The position numbers and the translations under genes were made by a program. From the IMG/VR virus record IMGVR_UViG_3300032334_001950, positions 1 through 64,000 of that record: DNA of 64,000 nucleotides; one strand, 5' to 3'. Under the pieces are notes generated by a model, which worked only from the letters and a program-made list of their open reading frames with translations, did not search any database and was not told where the DNA came from. Below are positions 56,406 through 64,000 of this stretch, piece by piece (position 1 is the first letter of the stretch; each line of letters opens with the position of its first letter). The DNA comes from a virus.

Positions 56406-58847
56406 ATGGCTCAATTTGACGGGTTTACCGGCAAATTTAACGACAGCATAACAAAAGGATTCAATAGTCCTGGAGATAAGATATCTGCACTCAGTAATTA
56501 CGGAGTTGCTGATAATCCTTTTAAGTTTACGCCGCACAAAGATGATTTCAAGAGTCGTATTCGTTTTTACGATCGGGACTCTTTATGGGCTCGTTGGCGG
56601 CGTGGGTACGAAATTTATACTGTTATGCAGAGTGTATTTGCATCTGCTTCAATTAAGCGTGGTGACATAGGCGATTATCGTTCATATTGTGCCTTTCAAC
56701 AATATCCAGGAATTTTCATACCTGCAAGGCTGTTTACGTACCCAAGTTCTTCAACGGAAACAGGAGAGCATATTGTGGCAATGCGTGACGCCAATGCTTT
56801 GAATTTCTACGATTTCGGCTTGCCCATTCTTGGTGTGCGCTACTTGGGGGATGCTTCAGTTGCCCCCTATTCTCAATCGGGTTTTGCAATAACAGTCTCC
56901 ATGCCCAGGCACGGTTATCAACTTGGCGATAATATTTACCTATCATTCCTTAGCGGAACAGCTACTACAGCTACGCTTGCTATTACAGCAAAAACAAATG
57001 ACACCTTTACATGTACGGCAGCCATTAGCGCAACGACCGTAGGAAATGTTTTAGCTGCTTTATCCACAGGATTTTCTGACCCCCGCTGGACGGAAACCAG
57101 AGCCAGAGTTCGTTATTTACCTGCGCCAAGTAATTCGTTAATTGGCGAAAGGATTACTGACCGCATCAGTGAGGCGGATCCTGGCATCACTGCAACCTAC
57201 TCGCGGACGGTAAGCACTGTAACGGTTACATGTAGCACGGCGCACGGGCTTTCCACGGGCAACGAAGTCAACTTAAATGCAACAACTGGAAACGTTATTC
57301 CAGGGGTGTATTTAATTACCGTAACATCCAGCATTGCTTTTACGGTCACAACAATTGAGAATGGTTCAACCAGCGGTAATGCAATTGTGTATCGCTTAAT
57401 TGAAAAATTTAATTACGACGATTATGTGGGTTATACGGTAAAAGCCCTTGACGTAACAAATAATGAAATTGTTTGCCAACGTAGCCATAGCTATGGCGCA
57501 AAAACTGTTGACACGGTGACAGACATTGTAACGCCAGCTCATCGTGGATTTTTGATTGGCAATTTTGTTACCACAGAATTACGCTATCAATGCACTTGCC
57601 AAGATTACACAAGACGGGAATCGTATGATCTTTACAGCAGTAATAGTAAGAATAAATTCCCACAAAGCGCAATCACATCAACCAAGCCGGGCACAATTTT
57701 AAATAAAGATAACAGCATTACAGATTTGCGGGAAAATATTGGGGTGTTTAGTGATTTGGGTTATGTGGCAAGCAATGATTTCTATCAATTACCTGATTAC
57801 GGGGATAAGCAGGATACGTGTTACACCGGATTGCAATACTATCAACTGCGCTGGTGCAAGCATATTTACGCTTCCTTTTTTTCTTTGGTGCATGAAGAAG
57901 GCAGTGCGCCGTTAAACATTTCAGGATCTTTTGTTCAATCGGGGACCACCAGTGTGCTCATCACAGCTTTGAACCACGGGTTAACAGCAAATACAAAAGT
58001 GCAACTTTTGATTACAAGTGGAGCGGTACTAAGCGGCCAATACACTGTTAGCAGCGTACAAGATGACAATACTTTTACAATTGCGTATCCTTACACACAA
58101 ACCACTTCCGGTTACTGTTCTATTCAAAATTTAAAAGAACATGATTATATTTCAGCCTGGATAAAAGAACCAAGTGATCATCCAGTAGGGGATGGAGCGG
58201 ATTTGTTCTACACAAACCTAAGAAAAGAACATTCGCGTGTTAAGCAAGGCGCCGAACGTCTTGCTATGTTAAAAATGGGTAAAGATTGGCGTGGTGCAAC
58301 ACAAACCAAAGATTTTAAAAATCAACCACAATCTACCGGCAATTATCAACCTTACATACTCACGTCCTTATTAACCGATAACATTCAGCGCGACGCCAGC
58401 GGAAATATTGTAGCTACAGCCGGGACAATTCAAAATAGCACCCAACGCTTGATTTCCGTTGTCAGCAAGGTTGTGAACTTGAACCCAACACTTATTGTCA
58501 GCACAAAGTTTGGATTTTTAAATGAACCGTTAATTAATTACACGAATAATTATCAATTTGGTTTAATTGATTCAGGTCAATACTTGAATGGGATTCCCAC
58601 GGATCTACTTAATACGCTAGTGGCGGCAGGTTCTTTTATCATCGGAGCCTGGTATGTCATTGATGTCGTCGGCACCACGGACTTCACGGCTATCGGCGCA
58701 GCATCCAATGACCAATACATTGAATTCCAGGCAACTGGAGTGGGATCCGGTACCGGAACAGCGGTTGCAATGAGTACAATAGATTGCAGCACCTACGATC
58801 CACTTACGGCTCAGACTACCGTAATCGATTGCGGCACCTACGATTAA
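56406..58847 (+). CDS. large tail structural protein with HG(L/Y) beta-barrel repeats and split SWIM-like zinc motif
   Basis: HGYQLGD, HGLSTGN, HGLTANT repeats; CTCQDY...WCKHI. Confidence 0.7.
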   Translation: MAQFDGFTGKFNDSITKGFNSPGDKISALSNYGVADNPFKFTPHKDDFKSRIRFYDRDSLWARWRRGYEIYTVMQSVFASASIKRGDIGDYRSYCAFQQYPGIFIPARLFTYPSSSTETGEHIVAMRDANALNFYDFGLPILGVRYLGDASVAPYSQSGFAITVSMPRHGYQLGDNIYLSFLSGTATTATLAITAKTNDTFTCTAAISATTVGNVLAALSTGFSDPRWTETRARVRYLPAPSNSLIGERITDRISEADPGITATYSRTVSTVTVTCSTAHGLSTGNEVNLNATTGNVIPGVYLITVTSSIAFTVTTIENGSTSGNAIVYRLIEKFNYDDYVGYTVKALDVTNNEIVCQRSHSYGAKTVDTVTDIVTPAHRGFLIGNFVTTELRYQCTCQDYTRRESYDLYSSNSKNKFPQSAITSTKPGTILNKDNSITDLRENIGVFSDLGYVASNDFYQLPDYGDKQDTCYTGLQYYQLRWCKHIYASFFSLVHEEGSAPLNISGSFVQSGTTSVLITALNHGLTANTKVQLLITSGAVLSGQYTVSSVQDDNTFTIAYPYTQTTSGYCSIQNLKEHDYISAWIKEPSDHPVGDGADLFYTNLRKEHSRVKQGAERLAMLKMGKDWRGATQTKDFKNQPQSTGNYQPYILTSLLTDNIQRDASGNIVATAGTIQNSTQRLISVVSKVVNLNPTLIVSTKFGFLNEPLINYTNNYQFGLIDSGQYLNGIPTDLLNTLVAAGSFIIGAWYVIDVVGTTDFTAIGAASNDQYIEFQATGVGSGTGTAVAMSTIDCSTYDPLTAQTTVIDCGTYD

Positions 58848-58859
58848 CCCCATTTTGCC

Positions 58860-59285
58860 ATGACGGAACAGGTTTTAAGTCGGCGCTCTTCACTTTTATA
58901 CGATCGCCCTTTGCCGACACGGTTGGGACCCGCTGAGATCGCGGTAAACAACAACCCTGGCGACCCTGGCCTTTACTTTGCGGACAACACCGCATCGCCC
59001 AGTACAGGGCTCATCAAGGTCGGCCCAATTTTCATCGGTAGTACGGCCCCAAATCTCCTCCCGACAGGCTACACAGGACTTTCCAAGGGGGAATCCTGGC
59101 TAGATACAGTAAGCACTCAAATCTTTAAAATTTATGATGGAGCTGCTTGGCAAACCAATAAGGCTGTAGCGTCTATTTTTGCAGGCAAACCCTCTAACCC
59201 CGTCAACGGGCAACTGCATTATGATAAAACTTTAAGCACAATGTATGTTTATGATTCAGCCAGTTCGTCTTGGCTGGCGACTTAA
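58860..59285 (+). CDS. tail fibre-like protein
   Basis: GESWLDT, PVNGQLHYD fibre repeats. Confidence 0.7.
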   Translation: MTEQVLSRRSSLLYDRPLPTRLGPAEIAVNNNPGDPGLYFADNTASPSTGLIKVGPIFIGSTAPNLLPTGYTGLSKGESWLDTVSTQIFKIYDGAAWQTNKAVASIFAGKPSNPVNGQLHYDKTLSTMYVYDSASSSWLAT

Positions 59286-59539
59286 CCCGTCAATCCCCCG
59301 GTTCGTATCAAATAATCCAGAATACGGTCCAGTTTTTTATGAACGGATTCCATTTCACGCCTGAAATCTTCTTTTAGCACATAATCACGGATAACGCGAT
59401 CCTCTAGGGTATCCAAATCATCTTCAATGCGCTCCAGGCGCCGGTCAATTTTATTTTGGAAGCCAGAAAAAGCCTTGCTGATACCGGTAAATGCTCCGAT
59501 GGCCCCGGAAGCAGCTGCAAAAATAATGTCCAGGCCCAC
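59282..59539 (-). CDS. small membrane and coiled-coil protein
   Basis: Hydrophobic N-terminus; YVLKEDF...KLDRI. Confidence 0.6.
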   Translation of the reverse strand: MGLDIIFAAASGAIGAFTGISKAFSGFQNKIDRRLERIEDDLDTLEDRVIRDYVLKEDFRREMESVHKKLDRILDYLIRTGGLTG

Positions 59540-59605
59540 GTTAAATTGAATATGCTTTGCTCATTCTAATAGGTGCAACAATTGTAGTTGCGTTAGGATA
59601 GTACC

Positions 59606-60010
59606 ATGTCAACACAAGTACAATTTCGTAGAGGAACAACTGCCGACATCAGCGGTTTCACGGGAGCCGTTGGTGAGGTAGTTGTCGATATTACAAAGAA
59701 TACAGTTGTCGTTAACAATGGCGTCAAGGCGGGCGGTTACCCGCTTTTGCGTGAAGACTGTACAAACATTGGACTATCGCCAGGCTCACTGGCCAGTTGC
59801 GCCATTAAATTTGCAAATAGCTCAAACACCGGCATCTATAGCCCTGTTTTAGGTTCGGTTGCCCTGGTTACGAACGGTGTGGCGGGGCTTACAATAGATT
59901 CATCGGGTGCCATCACCATCCCTGGAAACGTTTCCATCACAGGTAATGTTTCAATTGGGGGGACCTTTACTTCCGCTGACAACCTCGCTCTTATCGTTGC
60001 TCTAAGTTGA
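59606..60010 (+). CDS. tail fibre protein (Mtd-type N-terminal domain)
   Basis: QVQFRRGTTA...FTGAVGEVVVD. Confidence 0.75.
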   Translation: MSTQVQFRRGTTADISGFTGAVGEVVVDITKNTVVVNNGVKAGGYPLLREDCTNIGLSPGSLASCAIKFANSSNTGIYSPVLGSVALVTNGVAGLTIDSSGAITIPGNVSITGNVSIGGTFTSADNLALIVALS

Positions 60011-60011
60011 C

Positions 60012-60371
60012 ATGGCAAATACATTCACGAGAAGTACAAAGTCAAGCTTAGTGCAGTCCACTACTGGGACAAACGAATCCAATACTGCAACGACCTTCGA
60101 TATTGTTACAGCCGGGGGTTCTGCAACTCTAATTCTTTTGAGTGTATTAATCTCCAACAAAACGGGGAGTAGCGCCAACGGTAATGTTTATTTGTTGCCA
60201 AGTGGGGGTACAGGTGTTTACTTATTGAAAAATGCTCCCGTTCCTGCGGGCTCATCTCTTGAGATGATTTCAGGAAGTAAAATCATCATGACAGCTAACG
60301 ATATACTTCGTGCCAGCTCCGATACGGCTTCGGCCTTAGATGTAACTATTAGTTATCTGCAGCAGACATAA
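60012..60371 (+). CDS. virion structural protein
   Basis: MANTF...KNAPVPAGSSLE...LDVTISYL. Confidence 0.7.
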   Translation: MANTFTRSTKSSLVQSTTGTNESNTATTFDIVTAGGSATLILLSVLISNKTGSSANGNVYLLPSGGTGVYLLKNAPVPAGSSLEMISGSKIIMTANDILRASSDTASALDVTISYLQQT

Positions 60372-61249
60372 TGGCACTTACACAAGTTGATGCCAACCAG
60401 CTGAACTCTAACGTATTCAATGTTGTTGGGCCTTTTCGTAACCGCTTGATCAATGGTTCAATGCAGGTTGCACAAAGAGGCACATCAGCTACGGTAACTG
60501 CTGGTACGGCGGTTCCAACTGCTAGTACCGGCTATCCCACCGTTGATCGTTGGTATGTCTATTCTACTGGTGCAAACGTTACGGCAGCACAAGTTTCTGG
60601 TTCTGGGTCGGTTAGAAACCGCTTGCAGATCACAGGTGCGGCTTCTGTTACAGCTGTTGGCATTGGCCAACGTATCGAAGCGCTCAATTCTTATGATCTT
60701 GCTGGCAGTAATGTTACTCTTAGCGTTGACCTGGCAAATTCTCTACTAACAACAGTAACCTGGACTGCATATTATGCTACGTCGACCGATACTTTTGGTA
60801 CCGTTGGTACGGCAACTAGAACGCAAATTGCCACAGGTACATTTACGGTTTCAAGTACGGTAACTCGGTATTCGGCAAACATTGCAATCCCTGCCGCAGC
60901 CACAACCGGTATTGAAATTGTATTTACTGTTGGTGCTCAAATCAGCGGGACATGGACGGTCGGCAACGTACAACTTGAAACGGGATTGGTAAACAGCACT
61001 TTTGAACAACGTAGCTATCAACAAGAACTTGGATTGTGCCAGCGCTATTACCAAAAAACAAACGCCGCTTGGATTGTAGATACATCATTGTTAAACCAAG
61101 CCAAGTATCATATTGTCACAATGAGGACAACACCAACTGTATTAGGGGGCGGAGCAGGATATAGTTATAGCGGAAATGGGGAAGTCCTAGTTGAATCGCA
61201 AACAGCCAGGGCAACAGCAAGCATTACTTATTCAGCGGAGGTGTCATGA
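60371..61249 (+). CDS. tail fibre or carbohydrate-binding protein
   Basis: RNRLINGSMQVAQRGT, VQLETG, ELGLCQRYY. Confidence 0.75.
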   Translation: MALTQVDANQLNSNVFNVVGPFRNRLINGSMQVAQRGTSATVTAGTAVPTASTGYPTVDRWYVYSTGANVTAAQVSGSGSVRNRLQITGAASVTAVGIGQRIEALNSYDLAGSNVTLSVDLANSLLTTVTWTAYYATSTDTFGTVGTATRTQIATGTFTVSSTVTRYSANIAIPAAATTGIEIVFTVGAQISGTWTVGNVQLETGLVNSTFEQRSYQQELGLCQRYYQKTNAAWIVDTSLLNQAKYHIVTMRTTPTVLGGGAGYSYSGNGEVLVESQTARATASITYSAEVS

Positions 61250-61494
61250 TGTATGCGCTAACGACTTCAGGGGGCATTTTGCGGTTGGCGGATAATGCAT
61301 TTATTCCTGCTGATATTACTAATTCGGATTACACTATGTATTTGCAGTGGTTAAATGAGTCCACTGTAGTTGATCTTGCTGCCCCAATTGCGGAAGTAGT
61401 CTCCGTAGACGCGGAACTTTTAAATGCGGCATTCCCGGCAAACGTGGATTTGATGGAGCCTGAAACGGCTACAATTGATATCACAGCAGAGTAA
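61246..61494 (+). CDS. tail fibre assembly-like protein
   Basis: FIPAD.TNSDY..YLQWL. Confidence 0.65.
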   Translation: MMYALTTSGGILRLADNAFIPADITNSDYTMYLQWLNESTVVDLAAPIAEVVSVDAELLNAAFPANVDLMEPETATIDITAE

Positions 61495-61499
61495 TAGCA

Positions 61500-64000
61500 A
61501 TGGCTTATTTAGGGAACAATTTGAAAGCGGCTTATTCCGCTTACCTTTTAATTGATAGCATTAGTGCGAGCTTCAACGGTACGGCGACATCATTTGCTCT
61601 TACCGTTAATGGCGTTACTCCTGTCCCCTTTCCCCTTAACGAGCAAAACGTCCTGATCTCTGTTGGTGGCGTCCCACAAAAACCAGATCCAACTGGTGCA
61701 GAAGGATTTAAATTTTCTGGTACCAATATTGTTTTTAGTTCTGCACCAAAAACCGGTGAAGCTTTTTGGGGTGTTGTACTTGCTGGGGCTGATTATGTCA
61801 ATGTTGGTGTTAGCTACCCAAACGGAAGTGCCGCAACCCCTAGCATTACATTTAATACGGCAAAAACAACGGGACTCTACTTGGCGGGTATTTCTACGTT
61901 AGGTTTTGCTACTTCCGGTATTCTTCGGTCCACAATTGATTCAAACGGTAATTTTTCTGTATTATCCGCCGGCTTGGCCACTGCTCCAGCAGTTTCCATT
62001 GGAACAGGGACGACTTATGCCCCAGGCCTCTATTCCCCCGGAACAAATCAACTGGCTATTAGCACTAGCGGTACCGGGCGACTGTATGTAGATGCAAGCG
62101 GCAAAGTTGGGATTGGTACTTCAAGTCCTCAGGCAAAGTTACATATTTCTGATTTAACTGCTAGCGCTATTGAACTGTTGCGACTTCAGGTCAACTTAAC
62201 CAGCCCTTCTGGCAATAAATCAATCACTTGGGCTGACGCTACTGACGTAGTTGGCCGAATCAGCATAGATTACACATCCCCTACCGCAAAGATGCGGTTC
62301 GGTTCTTTATACAACAGTGGCTATCAGACTTCGGATTTGATGACGTTGGACGCGAGCGGCAACCTTGGGTTGGGGGCAACCAGCCCAAGCTCTTACGTCC
62401 AGAACGGCGGATTAGCGGTTTATCGCAATGCCAATAACTCTCAGCCTCATGTATCCTTTGGCAATACCAGCAACTTAGTTAATTCTGCCGAGGTCGTCTC
62501 CATAAACTCGGATACAGCATCTTGCCTTATTACAACGACTTCTTCGACTTGGAATAATTACGGGATACTCAGAACTGCTTCAACAACAATAGCCTCAACC
62601 AACTTCCTAGCGTTTGGCTCAGCCTCAGGGTTTATCTTTGGCACAGGGACTAACCCTTACTCTGAAGTTACTCGCATCGACAGCAGCGGCAACGTTGGGA
62701 TTGGGGTGGTGCCGAGCGCTTGGGTGGCTAACTCAAGAGCCATTCAGATTTTGGCCGCAACGTCTTTATCTCAAACGGCAAACGGATACACTAATCTTTC
62801 GAGTAACGCATACGAATCATCAATAGATACTTACAAATACATTGGGGGTGGGTTTGCATCGCTTTATCAACAACTAGTTGGCCAACACCGCTGGTACACT
62901 GCCCCCTCCGGCACCGCATCCAACACCATCACCTTCACGCAGGCGATGACGTTGGATGCGTCGGGGCGATTAAGCCTGGGCGCTACTAGCACAACCGCTA
63001 ATTTACAAGTTGGAGGTAGCACCGCAGCATCTAAGGTGTTGATTTATGGCGGCGCTGCAGGATCTACTTATCCAGAACTTGTCTTGTACGGGGCTTCCTC
63101 CGATAACAATTGGACAATAAGAGGTGATCACGGTACAGCCCTGTCCATTGCGAAGGGAACGTTTGGAAGTTACGGATCAGCTTTATTGACAATTCTTTCC
63201 GGAGGCAACGTAGGGATTGGCACTTTAAGCCCTGATGCCAACTTAGACGTGGTTCGGGGAAGTAATGGAACTGTTGCCACCTTTGGAATTGAGGGTCTTA
63301 CTATAAATCCAAGGCTACGTATTGACGTTAGTGAAAGCAATAATACAATTACTTTCAATCCCAACTATTCCGGCGCAACGTCTCCTTCGCTTGTTTTTAA
63401 TACACAAGAAATCGAACGCATGCGCATCGACAGCAGCGGCAGGCTCTTAGTTGGTACTACTCTTACTGCGGACTTTGGATCGGTAATTCAAACATCACAA
63501 ACTAGTGGAACCGGAGCATTTGAAGCGTTTCAATATTCAAATTCAACAGCTTATCCTTTCATAACATGTGCAAAATCTCGTGGAGTATCAGTCGGTACAA
63601 ATACTATTGTTCAAAGCGGAGATCCACTTGGGGAGGTTATTTTCCGTGGAGCAGACGGCACTAACTATGTCACAGCCGCTTTAATTACGGCTTATGTAGA
63701 CGGCACTCCTGGCCTTAATGACATGCCAGGCCGCCTAGTGTTCTCCACTACGGCAGATGGTGCAGCTAGTCCAACGGAGCGGATGAGGATTGGTAGTAAC
63801 GGATTCCTAAAAGTAAGCCCTAATGGAACTTACTTTGATGTAACTGGAAATCATCATGAATTATATACATACGGATCCTCTCCTTACCTTCTTTGGGCTA
63901 CCCATGCTGGAACGGGAGGCACTGCAAATGGTATAACTATTAACTATTCGGCAGCCACTCCTCCCAATAATACGAGCAACGAGTTTCTTCGTTGTTTTGA
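61500..64000 (+). CDS. long modular tail fibre (3' truncated; absent from ORF track)
   Basis: Translated by hand, open for 833 codons; repeated (ERM)RIDSSGNVGIGT-type junctions. Confidence 0.88.
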   Translation, partial: MAYLGNNLKAAYSAYLLIDSISASFNGTATSFALTVNGVTPVPFPLNEQNVLISVGGVPQKPDPTGAEGFKFSGTNIVFSSAPKTGEAFWGVVLAGADYVNVGVSYPNGSAATPSITFNTAKTTGLYLAGISTLGFATSGILRSTIDSNGNFSVLSAGLATAPAVSIGTGTTYAPGLYSPGTNQLAISTSGTGRLYVDASGKVGIGTSSPQAKLHISDLTASAIELLRLQVNLTSPSGNKSITWADATDVVGRISIDYTSPTAKMRFGSLYNSGYQTSDLMTLDASGNLGLGATSPSSYVQNGGLAVYRNANNSQPHVSFGNTSNLVNSAEVVSINSDTASCLITTTSSTWNNYGILRTASTTIASTNFLAFGSASGFIFGTGTNPYSEVTRIDSSGNVGIGVVPSAWVANSRAIQILAATSLSQTANGYTNLSSNAYESSIDTYKYIGGGFASLYQQLVGQHRWYTAPSGTASNTITFTQAMTLDASGRLSLGATSTTANLQVGGSTAASKVLIYGGAAGSTYPELVLYGASSDNNWTIRGDHGTALSIAKGTFGSYGSALLTILSGGNVGIGTLSPDANLDVVRGSNGTVATFGIEGLTINPRLRIDVSESNNTITFNPNYSGATSPSLVFNTQEIERMRIDSSGRLLVGTTLTADFGSVIQTSQTSGTGAFEAFQYSNSTAYPFITCAKSRGVSVGTNTIVQSGDPLGEVIFRGADGTNYVTAALITAYVDGTPGLNDMPGRLVFSTTADGAASPTERMRIGSNGFLKVSPNGTYFDVTGNHHELYTYGSSPYLLWATHAGTGGTANGITINYSAATPPNNTSNEFLRCF

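Noticed and set aside
1-64000. Prophage/integrase, photosystem genes, RNA polymerase, DNA methyltransferases
   Set aside because: No motifs for these were recognised and no host flanking genes are present

Overview
The window is most of a cyanophage-type (Caudoviricetes) dsDNA genome with divergent organisation around a non-coding switch region at ~36.23-36.89 kb. Early and replication genes lie on the - strand (2.3-36.2 kb): Prim-Pol/D5 primase-helicase, PD-(D/E)XK exonuclease, Gp157-like protein, tandem-OB SSB, dCMP deaminase, family A DNA polymerase, ThyX, lysozyme and many small accessory ORFs. Virion genes lie on the + strand (36.9-64 kb, continuing at 1-2.1 kb): low-complexity putative internal/ejection proteins, terminase, portal, scaffold, major capsid protein, SLT and modular tail fibres. 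Host-related genes include speD and an NblA-like ORF. Main observations: (1) the major capsid gene is split by a 1128-nt group I intron carrying a LAGLIDADG endonuclease on the antisense strand; (2) the tetrapeptide RMAG recurs 8 times in 6 otherwise unrelated + strand proteins, a candidate capsid-targeting or cleavage signal; (3) a promoter-driven structured ncRNA plus an anticodon-less tRNA-like element at 9.85-10.11 kb; (4) five copies of CCACCTAGYAAG upstream of early genes; (5) a Gln/Ala-rich 11-residue-repeat protein that may form an ejection tube; (6) a 560-nt portal/scaffold overlap. All assignments come from reading motifs by eye; no database search was run.
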